Below, piece after piece: positions 1 through 8,540 of a DNA stretch of 24,000 nucleotides. Numbering within the stretch: position 1 is the first letter of the stretch; each line of letters begins with the position of its first letter. A program made the translations under genes and the position numbers. The DNA comes from Propionimicrobium sp. PCR01-08-3 (lineage in GTDB: Bacteria; Actinomycetota; Actinomycetes; Propionibacteriales; Propionibacteriaceae), in the NCBI RefSeq assembly GCF_030286045.1, contig NZ_CP127390.1, forward strand, positions 1,667,482 through 1,691,481, read 5' to 3'. The notes under the pieces are model-generated. The model saw only the letters and a list, made by a program, of their open reading frames with translations. It was not told the origin of the DNA and searched no databases.

Positions 1-143
1 AGGAGCCGCCGGACCCCAATGATCCCGATGCTTCGGCGATAGCTGCGGTCACCTGGGTGGCTGCGAGTGCGGTCGGCGTCTCGGTCGTGCAAATGCTGGT
101 GCAGCGTTTCGCCGCCAAGCGCTATCGCAGCCTCGGGCACTGA
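1..143 (+). CDS. 3' end of a CDS entering from upstream. About 46 codons with a hydrophobic helix (AIAAVTWVAASAVGVSVV) and a basic tail. Product unknown, probably a small membrane protein.
   Basis: Frame 3 is open from the window edge to TGA at 141-143. Hand-counted GC3 is about 75%. A strong hairpin follows 29 nt downstream. Confidence 0.4.
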   Translation, partial: EPPDPNDPDASAIAAVTWVAASAVGVSVVQMLVQRFAAKRYRSLGH

Positions 144-171
144 CAGTCCCCTGCACCATACCCAAAACACA

Positions 172-219
172 AAACGTGTTCGGTCGTCTCGACTTCTCGT
201 GAGACGACCGAACACGTTT
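172..219. terminator. Bidirectional intrinsic terminator between convergent genes.
   Basis: Perfect 19-bp inverted repeat AAACGTGTTCGGTCGTCTC (172-190) / GAGACGACCGAACACGTTT (201-219) with a 10-nt loop. On the minus-strand transcript the stem is followed by UGUGUUUUGGGU. On the plus strand it ends in UUUGUCUUG. Confidence 0.7.
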
Positions 220-328
220 GTCTTGCTGTGAGTTGTATTTCGCGGGGATGGGTGAAGCTCAAGTTGTGTGCGTTGCCCGGGCGGCCGAATCGATGTGCGG
301 TCGGCCGATCGGCAGGCGCCCAGTCGAA

Positions 329-625
329 CTAAACGCAGTCGACGCAGTAGTCGAGGCCGCCGCGGGTCTCCGCGAGTTGGCTGCGATGCTTCACCAGGAA
401 GCATGATGCGCAGGTGAATTCGTCCGCCTGACGAGGAAGCACGCGTACGGTCAGCTCTTCATGAGACAGGTCGGCGCCGGGCAGCTCAAACGCTTCCGCG
501 GCCTCAACCTCGTCCTCATCAACCTGGCCGGACTGCTTGTCGTTGCGGCGGCTCTTGAGCTCTTCGAGCGAATCCTCGCTCATCTCCTCATCGGACTTAC
601 GAGGAGCGTCGTAGTCAGTAGCCAT
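329..625 (-). CDS. DUF4193 family protein (98 aa, conserved actinobacterial, C-terminal CxxC...CxxC).
   Basis: N-terminus MATDYDAPRKSDEE and C-terminus FTCASCFLVKHRSQL...YCVDCV match my memory of DUF4193 proteins. The internal ATG at 625 was chosen because GGAAGG lies 5 nt upstream. The longer ORF to 706 adds a non-conserved His/Arg-rich extension. Confidence 0.85.
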   Translation of the reverse strand: MATDYDAPRKSDEEMSEDSLEELKSRRNDKQSGQVDEDEVEAAEAFELPGADLSHEELTVRVLPRQADEFTCASCFLVKHRSQLAETRGGLDYCVDCV

Positions 626-909
626 GGTGCCCTTCCGAATGTAATGCATGTCGTGTGCCCCACGGCGAGCCGTGTGGCGTCGATGCATGTTGTACCATAC
701 CGACACAAATTGGGCGATATGGCGCCCAGCCCGGATCTACCGATGGACGCCGTCGCAGGTTCACGAAAGACGGCGGTGTGAGCGCGGCCCTTGCCATCTG
801 GGCGGCGCGGCAGACGGACGATCCTGGGGCTTGGGAGTAGGTTTACCTGGCAAGGATAGGACGCCACCGTGCGTCCAACAAGCAGCTCGATCATCAGGGA
901 GACCGGCGA

Positions 910-2229
910 ATGGAAAGCGCACTGACACCGCGCGAGATTCAAGCCCGGATTCGGGGCGGGGAATCCCTCGACGACGTCGCGCAGGCCGCGGGAGTCTCGG
1001 TAGAACAGATCGATATCTATGCCGGACCGGTATTCGCAGAACGCGAACATGCCGCGAGCATTGCGCGCACTTCGCAGCTACGCGGGCATCGTGATCCCGG
1101 CGCGCAACGCCTGCTGGGCGAAATCGTCACGGATGCCTTGAGTGCACAGGGCGTCAAGCCAGAAGACATCCACTGGGATTCGTGGCGCGACGAGAACCGC
1201 CGCTGGACGGTGCAGATCAGCTGGCCGGTGGCAGACACCGAGCAACACGCCACATTCGACTTCGATATGCGCGGTCGTACCGTCGCCGCCAAGAACGCCG
1301 AAGCCAAGACACTGGTGGGTGAGAGCCCGCAACCGGTCAAGCGCCGGACGAAAGTGAACCCCGACGCCGAGCCGACCGTCGATCTGCACGACGAATTGGC
1401 GATCGTACGGGTCGTCCAAGACGACTCGGAGCCGCCCGCGGTGCTGCCGGACGCCCCTTCGACGCGCATCACAAAGCTTCCTGCCCGCGATCAAGAATCC
1501 GGGAATGACTCCGACGAACCCGATGACTACACCGATCCCGAACTCGAGCAGGTCGACGGGGTTTATGACATCGTCCCGAATCCACGTTCGGACATGGATG
1601 TGCTCTATGACATGTTGTCGGGATTCAACGAGGATTCGGTGCGCATCTATACCGGGCTGACCCAGCCGGTCAATCCACCTCCTGATCCCGAACCCGAGGA
1701 AGAGCCCCGGCCCGAGGCGGCCGCCCGGAATCCGCAGACCGAGAAACCGAGGCCTAGCGATCCCAGGTCCCGGCGCCGCGGTCACCACGTCTTGTGGACG
1801 CCGGACTCCGCCGAGCAAGCGGCCGACGATTCGTCTCTTGACGAGCAGACGCCACCGGTTGCAGACCATCCGAGCTCTGACGCCTCTCAGCCGGACGCTA
1901 CGGCCTCCCCCGGTCAAACCGAGGCGGGGCAGCCGCAGACCGACCGGCCGGAGGCTGCGTCCGAGCAGGCCACGCGGCAACCCCGGAAAAGTTCACCCAA
2001 GGTGGCCCGGAAACCTGCCGAGCAGACCGAGCAGCCGGCCGAGCAACCGCACCACAGGTCGGTTGCCGACGAAGCCGCCCAGGAGAAACCGGAGCAAGAT
2101 GCTCTGGTTCAAACACCCAAGCAGCAATCCGCGTCGAAGTCACGCAAACGGCGCAAGCGGGCATCGGTGCCGACCTGGGACGAGATCATGTTCGGCGCTC
2201 CCCCGCCCTCGAATCCGTCGAATTCGTAA
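910..2229 (+). CDS. sepH: SepH-like septation protein (DUF3071 helix-turn-helix region plus a long disordered Pro/Glu/Gln-rich tail).
   Basis: LTPREIQARIRGGESLDDVAQAAGVSVEQIDIYAGPVFAEREHAA resembles the DUF3071 HTH core. The basic C-terminus RKRRKRASVPTWDEIMFG resembles the conserved SepH C-terminal patch. SD AGGGAG lies 8 nt upstream of the ATG. An in-frame stop at 838-840 limits any extension. Confidence 0.7.
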   Translation: MESALTPREIQARIRGGESLDDVAQAAGVSVEQIDIYAGPVFAEREHAASIARTSQLRGHRDPGAQRLLGEIVTDALSAQGVKPEDIHWDSWRDENRRWTVQISWPVADTEQHATFDFDMRGRTVAAKNAEAKTLVGESPQPVKRRTKVNPDAEPTVDLHDELAIVRVVQDDSEPPAVLPDAPSTRITKLPARDQESGNDSDEPDDYTDPELEQVDGVYDIVPNPRSDMDVLYDMLSGFNEDSVRIYTGLTQPVNPPPDPEPEEEPRPEAAARNPQTEKPRPSDPRSRRRGHHVLWTPDSAEQAADDSSLDEQTPPVADHPSSDASQPDATASPGQTEAGQPQTDRPEAASEQATRQPRKSSPKVARKPAEQTEQPAEQPHHRSVADEAAQEKPEQDALVQTPKQQSASKSRKRRKRASVPTWDEIMFGAPPPSNPSNS

Positions 2230-2242
2230 CGCCGGCGCTCTG

Positions 2243-3394
2243 CTACGGATCGGGGCTCAGCCGATCGAACAGCAACGGGACGCGCATCTCCGCGGGGGTG
2301 AGTGAACCGTGTTGCCCCACGAGCGTGAGTTCTCCGGGCTTCGATAACGTCATCACCGCCCAGTCGTCGAGCAGAGCGACCAGCACATCACCGATCCGAT
2401 TGCGCATCCGGTCGTCGACCGGGCCGAACCATCCCTCATCGATGGCTTCTTGGCGACGTCTCACGATGGCTCGCTCGCCGAGGAAGCGCCGCCACCTGGC
2501 GGCGACTTCGGCCGGGCGATCGCAGTAAAGCTGACGCAGGCGTCCTTCGCCACCGATGAGATCGAGCCCCGAGGCGAGCGCCGGGGTGTCTTCGATGATG
2601 ATCTGGTGGCTTGCCGGTACGTCGACCATGCCATGATCGCCGGTTACCAGCAGGCAGGTATGGGGATCGAGGGCGTTGTGCAGTTGCTCGAGCCACGCGT
2701 CCACTTCGTCCAGGGTTCGAACCCATTCTTCGGAACCACAACCGACGCCATGCCCGGCATGATCCAACCGGCGCTCATAGGCATAGACCAGCGACCGTTC
2801 GCCCTGCCCGGACGCCTTGACGATCTGCTTGATACGGCGGCCGGTGTCGTCCTCGCTGGGCAGGCCGATGAATTTTGGGCCACGAAGGGCAGCCCTGGTC
2901 AATCCCGAATTGCGGAACTTCGCCAGCGACACGGTGCTGACCGCGATATCGGGATGCGCCTGCAGTCTTTCCAGCCAGGTGGGTTGGGGCTGAAAGGTCA
3001 AGGGGTCAAGCCGGTCATCCCAGGCGAGCGCGTTGACGATCTCGTTCAGCGCCCTGAACGAGTAACCGACGATGCCGTGGCGTCCGGGTGCGACACCGGT
3101 GCCGACGGTGGTCAGCGACGTCGCCGTCGTCGATGGCACGGCACTGGTCAGCGCTATCGCCGTATCGAGCAAGCCGCCCAGATAAGGCGCACGATAACGC
3201 TGGGCCGCCAGCAGATGGTGGCCGAGGCCGTCGACCATCACGACGACGTAGCGGGTTGCGTCCGGTATGCCCAGCACGTCGTGAGCAGAAGGCGTGTCGC
3301 ACGCACCATCTTCGGTCAAGAGGTGCGATGCGACGGCGGGCAGGATCTCTGCGAGAGTCGATCTGCCGTAGTCAGGAAGCTGAATCGACGACAC
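2243..3394 (-). CDS. Alkaline phosphatase superfamily protein (nucleotide pyrophosphatase/phosphodiesterase-like).
   Basis: Metal and catalytic motifs are present: VVMVDGLG, PSTTATSLTTVGTG (nucleophile Thr region), LDHAGHG, VTGDHGM. GTG start at 3394 lies 2 nt after the upstream gene's stop. Confidence 0.8.
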   Translation of the reverse strand: MSSIQLPDYGRSTLAEILPAVASHLLTEDGACDTPSAHDVLGIPDATRYVVVMVDGLGHHLLAAQRYRAPYLGGLLDTAIALTSAVPSTTATSLTTVGTGVAPGRHGIVGYSFRALNEIVNALAWDDRLDPLTFQPQPTWLERLQAHPDIAVSTVSLAKFRNSGLTRAALRGPKFIGLPSEDDTGRRIKQIVKASGQGERSLVYAYERRLDHAGHGVGCGSEEWVRTLDEVDAWLEQLHNALDPHTCLLVTGDHGMVDVPASHQIIIEDTPALASGLDLIGGEGRLRQLYCDRPAEVAARWRRFLGERAIVRRRQEAIDEGWFGPVDDRMRNRIGDVLVALLDDWAVMTLSKPGELTLVGQHGSLTPAEMRVPLLFDRLSPDP

Positions 3395-3396
3395 CG

Positions 3397-4044
3397 TCAG
3401 TGCACCCGGTGCTGCAATGTGGTACCGAAATCGACGAGCCGTTGCACGCTTTCGGCGCCGTCGGACACCGGGCTCATCCTGATCACCATGTCTTCGGCGG
3501 CCGAGGTGCCGGAAAATCCGTGGTCTGCCGTGCAGGAGGGGTCGCCGCAGCTGGCCGGCTCCAGTTCGAGCCTGCGCATCGTGTTCCAGCTGAGCGTCAG
3601 CCAGGTCTCGACAGTCTCGGCGCCGTCACCACCGAATTGTTCGGGCTGCGAAACCACTCTGGTCATCGCGACGGTACCCAGCAGCCGCAGCGGAACCGAT
3701 TCGGTTGAGCTGATGGCCGTGGGGCCACCGCTCTCGCCGTTGTGTTCATCGGTATGGCAGACCACCAACCGGGTCGCGGTGAGCACCAGCACCGACAGGT
3801 GGCGTCCGATGCCTTCGGGAGCGAAAGTCGCCTCGTGATGGACGAGAAAGACATCCACGGGCTCATCACCGACCGCCAGCCCCACAGAATCGGTAACCAG
3901 CTGTGGGAAGAAACCGCAGTCGTTGACCTGGCTCAGCAATGCCGGTGGTAGCTGGCCGGTGCCGGTCTTCAGTTCTCGTTTCACCCCATCATCCTGCCAC
4001 CTGGACGCGAAATACGCCGCACCGCCCGACGCGCCTCCACGCAT
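3397..4044 (-). CDS. Conserved actinobacterial protein, probably DUF5998 family, co-transcribed with the phosphatase.
   Basis: The core LPPALLSQVNDCGFFPQLVTDSVGLAVGDEPV...LVHHEATF...LSVLVLTATRLVV resembles DUF5998 as I recall it. The start is uncertain. ATG 4044 has no SD. GTG 3984 has AGGA about 10 nt upstream and gives a 195-aa protein. The ORF-track start at 4095 runs into the hairpin repeat. Confidence 0.55.
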   Translation of the reverse strand: MRGGASGGAAYFASRWQDDGVKRELKTGTGQLPPALLSQVNDCGFFPQLVTDSVGLAVGDEPVDVFLVHHEATFAPEGIGRHLSVLVLTATRLVVCHTDEHNGESGGPTAISSTESVPLRLLGTVAMTRVVSQPEQFGGDGAETVETWLTLSWNTMRRLELEPASCGDPSCTADHGFSGTSAAEDMVIRMSPVSDGAESVQRLVDFGTTLQHRVH

Positions 4045-4060
4045 CTGATGCACAGCGTGA

Positions 4061-4108
4061 GGGCCTGACGATGAATTAACGCAGCGGTAATTCATCTGAG
4101 GGTCCTTA
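4061..4108 (+). repeat. Copy 1 of a 48-nt AT-cored hairpin element.
   Basis: GGGCCTGACGATGAATTAACGCAGCGGTAATTCATCTGAGGGTCCTTA. It is 43/48 identical to 5191-5238. Outer stem GGGCC/GGTCC, inner 9-bp stem GATGAATTA/TAATTCATC. Confidence 0.85.
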
Positions 4109-4132
4109 ATTCTCTGAGGAGCCGCCGGCCGC

Positions 4133-4138
4133 TACTGT
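4133..4138 (+). promoter_or_regulatory. Candidate -10 box (TACTGT, TANNNT class) for a leaderless or near-leaderless App1 transcript.
   Basis: The hexamer lies 8 nt upstream of ATG 4147, with no SD in between. Confidence 0.3.
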
Positions 4139-4146
4139 TGAGCCCC

Positions 4147-5190
4147 ATGGGGTCACAGCAATTCGTCGGCACACGAATTGACGACTTCTTTACCGACCAG
4201 GTCGTGGAGTTTCTGCGCCACCGAGGTTGGCGCGAATCAATCATCCCGTTCACCGGCTACGGCTCACCCGAGCATGTGCGGGTTCTCGGACGCCTGGTGC
4301 TACGTCCGATCAAGGCCCGCAGCTACCTGGGTATGTATGCCGAGGCGTTCTTACATCGGCGCGGCTGGCGCAACTTCTTCAATGCCGGGGTTCCCAGGCG
4401 TCCGGTGACGGTACGCGTCGGCGACGAGGAACTCGAATTGATGACCGACCGGGGCGGCTATATCGACGTCACGGTGAAGGGTACCGGCCTGGCCGAAGGC
4501 TGGCACGAGGTGACACTGAGCACCGACGAGGCACCCGAGACCGGCGCCCCGATTCAGATCGTCGGCGACGACCAACATTTCGGACTGATCAGCGACGTCG
4601 ACGACACCATCTTGTCGACCTGGCTGCCCAGGATCGCGCTGGCCGCATGGAATTCGTTCGTGATGACCGAGGGCAACCGCCAAGCCGTGCCGGGCATGGC
4701 AAGGATGTATCAGAAGCTGCTGAAGGACCACCCGGGCGCCCCCATCGTCTACGTATCGACCGGCGCCTGGAATACCGTGCCATTTCTGAATCGCTTCATG
4801 CACCGCCACGGTTTTCCCGAAGGGCCGATGCTGCTCACCGATCTCGGCCCCACCCAGAATGCCTGGTTCCGCAGCGGCCCCGATCACAAGCGCCGGGCCC
4901 TGGCAGAGCTGGCGCGTGACTTTCCCCATATCAAATGGGTGCTCGTCGGCGACGACGGGCAGCATGATCCGGCTCTCTACCGGGAATTCGCCGAGCTGCG
5001 TCCCGATCACGTGCAGCTGATCGCTATCAGGCAGCTGTCGTCAACCGAACAGATCCTCGCGCACGGCACGGCCGCAGTCTTGCGCGATTCTGCCGACCTC
5101 AGGTGGGAGCCTGCGGTGGTCACCGAGGTGGCCGGCGCCGACGGAGACGACCTAGCACCCCAGGTACGTGAAGCTCTCGACTCCGATTAA
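4147..5190 (+). CDS. App1-family phosphatase (DUF2183, phosphatidate-phosphatase-like HAD/LNS2 fold).
   Basis: DxDxT motif in GLISDVDDTILST. Downstream VLVGDDGQHDP motif. Length is typical at about 347 aa. The alternative TTG start at 4138 adds 3 codons. Confidence 0.8.
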   Translation: MGSQQFVGTRIDDFFTDQVVEFLRHRGWRESIIPFTGYGSPEHVRVLGRLVLRPIKARSYLGMYAEAFLHRRGWRNFFNAGVPRRPVTVRVGDEELELMTDRGGYIDVTVKGTGLAEGWHEVTLSTDEAPETGAPIQIVGDDQHFGLISDVDDTILSTWLPRIALAAWNSFVMTEGNRQAVPGMARMYQKLLKDHPGAPIVYVSTGAWNTVPFLNRFMHRHGFPEGPMLLTDLGPTQNAWFRSGPDHKRRALAELARDFPHIKWVLVGDDGQHDPALYREFAELRPDHVQLIAIRQLSSTEQILAHGTAAVLRDSADLRWEPAVVTEVAGADGDDLAPQVREALDSD

Positions 5191-5238
5191 GGGCCTGACG
5201 TTAAATTAACGCGGCGGTAATTTATCGGAGGGTCCTTA
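5191..5238 (+). repeat. Copy 2 of the 48-nt AT-cored hairpin element.
   Basis: GGGCCTGACGTTAAATTAACGCGGCGGTAATTTATCGGAGGGTCCTTA. It begins on the nucleotide after the TAA stop of the App1-family gene. It has the same fold as copy 1, with a G-C to A-T compensatory change in the inner stem. Confidence 0.85.
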
Positions 5239-5381
5239 GGACGCGTGAGTCGGTCCGAGCGCCGAACTGTGCGTCCGACCGAGTGTCGCACCGGCGCACG
5301 AACTGCTTTGGGCGGCACAATGCATGATGGACGGGGACCGAGCCCGGGTCCGCGAAGCTGTACACCGGTGGATCCAGGCCA

Positions 5382-5429
5382 GGGGCCCTGCAGAGAATGT
5401 GCGGGTCGGGAGTTCTCTGGAGGGTGCCC
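5382..5429 (+). other. Long imperfect hairpin in the leader of the topoisomerase gene, with a CAGAGAA/TTCTCTG core.
   Basis: CAGAGAA (5391-5397) pairs with TTCTCTG (5413-5419). The stem extends outward through TCCC/GGGA-type pairs to GGG(5382-5384)/CCC(5427-5429), with one mismatch and one bulge. No U-tract follows. Confidence 0.4.
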
Positions 5430-5474
5430 GGGCCCTTCGGTCTGCGAGAAGCTATCAGGAGAAGACGTCGTTTT

Positions 5475-7931
5475 ATGGCCACCAAGACACCAGCCGATGT
5501 CGAAGATCTCGAAGAACGCATCATCGACATCGATATCTCGTCCGAGATGGAGACCAGCTATCTCGAATACGCCTATTCGGTCATCTATGCCCGTGCCCTG
5601 CCGGACGCCAGAGATGGCTTGAAGCCTGTTCAGCGCCGCATCCTCTACACCATGCACGACATGGGGCTTCGCCCCGACAAGCCGCACGTGAAGTGCGCCC
5701 GCGTGGTTGGTCAGGTGATGGGGCTGCTGCACCCGCACGGCGACTCGGCGATCTACGACGCGCTGGTGCGGCTGGGCCAGGATTGGTCGATGCGGCTGCC
5801 CACCATCGACGGCCACGGCAACTTCGGTTCCTTGGACGCCGGGCCCGCCGCGTACCGCTACACCGAATGCCGGCTGGCACCGCCCGCCATGGCCATGGTT
5901 GCCGGTATCGATCAGGACACGGTCGACTTCCGCCCGAACTACGACGGCAAAGAGCTGGAGCCTGCGGTGCTTCCGGCCGCCTTCCCGAATCTGCTGGTCA
6001 ACGGGGCGTCCGGTATCGCCGTCGGAATGGCCACCAACCTCGCCCCACACAACCTGGTCGAGGTCGTCGGCGCACTCAAGCATCTCCTCGGCCATCCGGA
6101 CGCCGACCTCGACGCTTTGATGCGCTATGTCCCCGGTCCGGACTTCCCGACCGGCGGAACCATCATCGGATTGAGCGGCGTGCGCGACGCGTACGCGTCC
6201 GGACGAGGTTCGTTCAAGCTGCGTGCCACCTGCAAGATCGAGCAGGTGACCCCGCGCCGCAAGGGCATCGTGGTGACCTCGCTGCCGCACGGGGTCGGCC
6301 CCGAGAAGATCATGGAGCAGATCAAGGATCTGGTCAGCCGTAAGAAGGTCAGCGGTATCGCCGACGTCAAAGATCTCACCGATCTGACCAACGGCACTCG
6401 CATGGTGATAGAGATCAAGAACGGCATCAACCCCGATGCCCTGCTCGCCCAGCTGTTCAAGTTCACCAAGCTCGAGGACACCTTCGCGATCAACGCCGTG
6501 GCGTTGGTCGACGGCCAGCCGCGCACGCTTTCGCTGCTCGAAATGCTGCAGGTCTACCTCGATCACCGCATCGACGTGACGACCCGCCGCACCAAATTCC
6601 AACTCGGCAAGGCGACCGACCGGCTGCATCTGGTCGAAGGCATGCTGCTGGCACTGCTCGACATCGACGATGTGATCGCGATCATCCGCAGCTCCGAGGA
6701 CGTGGCCGAAGCCAGGGCCCGCCTGATCGAAGCCTTCGAACTCACCGAAGTCCAGGCCAACTACATTCTTGACCTGCAGCTGCGCCGGCTGACCAAACTG
6801 AGCCGGATCGAGCTGGAGTCCGAGCGCGACGAGTTGCGGGCCGAGATCGAGCGGCTGACCCGGATTCTGGACGACGAGCAGGTGCTGCACAAGCTGGTCG
6901 CCGACGAACTCGACGAGGTCGTCAACAAGTTCGGCACCCCGCGCCGCACCGTGCTGCTGGCCGATTCCGGAGCCGCCGCCAGCAGCGCCGCCACTGCCCC
7001 GCTGGAGATCCCGGACGAGCCGTGCTGGCTGATGCTCAGCTCCGCCGGACGGATCGCCCGCCTCGATGTGGCCGAGTTGCCGGAGACCTCCGATGACGCC
7101 AGGCGCAGCAAGCATGACGCGATCGTCTGCGCCCTCCGGGCGAGCACGCACGCCGAGTACGGTGTGCTGACCTCGCATGGACGCCTGATCAAGGCGAAGG
7201 CGATCGAGCTACCGTCGGTGCCGCCGACCGCGACCTCACCCAATCTGCAAGGCGGCACCAAGATCGCCGACCTGGTCGAGTTGGCCAAAGGTGAGCGGGT
7301 GCTGGGCCTGACCTCGCTCGCCGACGCGTCGCTCGGTTTGGCGTTGGGTACCCGCTCTGGTGTGGTGAAACGAGTCAATGCCGAGTTGCTCGCCAGCAAG
7401 GACGAGTGGAGCGTGATCAATCTGGCCGATGGCGACGAGGTAGTGGGAGCACTCGAGTTGCATGACCTGGACGATGAGCTCGTCTTCATCACCTCCGACG
7501 CACAGTTGCTGCACTTCTCGGCGTCCCTGGTGCGCGGCCAGGGCCGCGGAGGTTCGGGCATGGCCGGTATCAAGCTCGGCAAGGGTGCGCACGTGGTGTG
7601 GTTCGGCGCTGCCCCGGCTCAGGGCTCGGTCGTGGTGACGGTGTCCGGTAGCTCGTCGTCGCTGCCGGGTACCGAACCGGGCAGTGTGAAGGTGTCCGAT
7701 TTCGGTGAGTATCCCTCGAAGGGACGCGCAACCGGAGGGGTGCGCTGCCATCGTTTCTTGAAAGGCGAGGACACCTTGATGCTGGGCTGGGCGGGACCGG
7801 CGCCTGCGATTGCTGCCTCATCGTCGGGCTCTGCGGTCGAGCTGCCGCCTGCCACCGGACGCCGGGACGGCTCCGGCACCCCGGCCGCCAAACCGATCGC
7901 CGCGGTGGCGAGCAGGCATCTTCGTCCGTAG
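5475..7931 (+). CDS. parC: Type IIA DNA topoisomerase subunit A, ParC-like (topoisomerase IV / second gyrase-like enzyme).
   Basis: [17 protein letters not shown] and the active-site [10 protein letters not shown] (Tyr) are present, plus a C-terminal beta-pinwheel. I found no QRRGGKG-type GyrA box. ATG 5475 has AGGAGAAG about 11 nt upstream. The ORF-track start at 5397 adds an Arg-rich extension. Confidence 0.9.
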   Translation: MATKTPADVEDLEERIIDIDISSEMETSYLEYAYSVIYARALPDARDGLKPVQRRILYTMHDMGLRPDKPHVKCARVVGQVMGLLHPHGDSAIYDALVRLGQDWSMRLPTIDGHGNFGSLDAGPAAYRYTECRLAPPAMAMVAGIDQDTVDFRPNYDGKELEPAVLPAAFPNLLVNGASGIAVGMATNLAPHNLVEVVGALKHLLGHPDADLDALMRYVPGPDFPTGGTIIGLSGVRDAYASGRGSFKLRATCKIEQVTPRRKGIVVTSLPHGVGPEKIMEQIKDLVSRKKVSGIADVKDLTDLTNGTRMVIEIKNGINPDALLAQLFKFTKLEDTFAINAVALVDGQPRTLSLLEMLQVYLDHRIDVTTRRTKFQLGKATDRLHLVEGMLLALLDIDDVIAIIRSSEDVAEARARLIEAFELTEVQANYILDLQLRRLTKLSRIELESERDELRAEIERLTRILDDEQVLHKLVADELDEVVNKFGTPRRTVLLADSGAAASSAATAPLEIPDEPCWLMLSSAGRIARLDVAELPETSDDARRSKHDAIVCALRASTHAEYGVLTSHGRLIKAKAIELPSVPPTATSPNLQGGTKIADLVELAKGERVLGLTSLADASLGLALGTRSGVVKRVNAELLASKDEWSVINLADGDEVVGALELHDLDDELVFITSDAQLLHFSASLVRGQGRGGSGMAGIKLGKGAHVVWFGAAPAQGSVVVTVSGSSSSLPGTEPGSVKVSDFGEYPSKGRATGGVRCHRFLKGEDTLMLGWAGPAPAIAASSSGSAVELPPATGRRDGSGTPAAKPIAAVASRHLRP

Positions 7932-7947
7932 CGCCTACTATGGCGGA

Positions 7948-8436
7948 GTGTCGTTCGATGATCTGCTCGCGGCAAATGCCGCCTATGCCGAGGGTTTTGG
8001 GCCACGTCAGCTGGAGGGCCGTGCACAGGCCGGGGTTTGTCTGCTGACCTGTATGGATTGCCGGGTCGATCCGCTGCCGATGACCGGCCTGAAGATCGGG
8101 GACGCAAAGGTGCTGCGTACCCCGGGTGCTCATCTGACGCCGGACGCGTTGGCAGGTTGCGTGCTCGCGGTGCACGCGCTGGGAGTCGATCGCATCATGG
8201 TGGTCGCGCACACCAAATGCGCGATGGCCGGACTTGAATCCACACTTCGCGACAAGGTCGCCGCCTCCAGCGGCATCAAGAATTTCGACATGGCCTTCGG
8301 TGCCGACACCGATCGGCTCGGGCATCTGGCAGCCGACATCGAGACCTTGCGCAACCACGAATTGATCGGACGCTTCGCCGAGATCGGCGGGTTCGATTAC
8401 GACGTCGACACCAGAAGGCTCACGCAGCTCTACTGA
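7948..8436 (+). CDS. Beta-class carbonic anhydrase (Rv1284-like clade).
   Basis: Zinc ligand motifs CMDCR and AHTKCAM are present. The N-terminus VSFDDLLAANAAYAEGF aligns with the Rv1284-type start as I recall it. GTG 7948 is the only start after the parC stop at 7929-7931. Confidence 0.8.
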   Translation: MSFDDLLAANAAYAEGFGPRQLEGRAQAGVCLLTCMDCRVDPLPMTGLKIGDAKVLRTPGAHLTPDALAGCVLAVHALGVDRIMVVAHTKCAMAGLESTLRDKVAASSGIKNFDMAFGADTDRLGHLAADIETLRNHELIGRFAEIGGFDYDVDTRRLTQLY

Positions 8437-8540
8437 GGAACCCTGGCTGCCTATTCGGCGATGTCTGCGCGGGGAGAGCTTTCATTCGATCCGAACATGA
8501 TAAGCCCCGGATCACTGCGCCGGCAGCGATGGCACTTGCC

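Noticed and set aside
1-12. AGGAGCCGCCGG at the window start is identical to 4117-4128, just after hairpin copy 1. This hints at a third copy upstream of the window.
   Set aside because: By my estimate a single 12-mer coincidence is expected by chance many times in 24 kb of this composition. Positions 1-143 also read as the end of a coding frame. The idea cannot be tested without upstream sequence.
2450-3838. 462-aa plus-strand ORF overlapping the phosphatase and DUF5998-like genes.
   Set aside because: It is antisense to two genes with clear catalytic or family motifs. It is Arg-rich and shows no recognisable domain. It is a GC-driven stop-codon-free frame.
5187-7178. 663-aa ORF on the minus strand opposite the topoisomerase gene.
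   Set aside because: It lies entirely antisense to a CDS with unmistakable GyrA/ParC motifs. The translation is Gly/Arg/Asp/Val-rich low complexity typical of shadow ORFs in high-GC DNA, and no SD is present.
8437-8540. Terminator between the convergent carbonic anhydrase and coaBC genes.
   Set aside because: Only 4-bp stems are present (CCGG...CCGG, GGCA...TGCC), and there is no convincing hairpin or T-tract.
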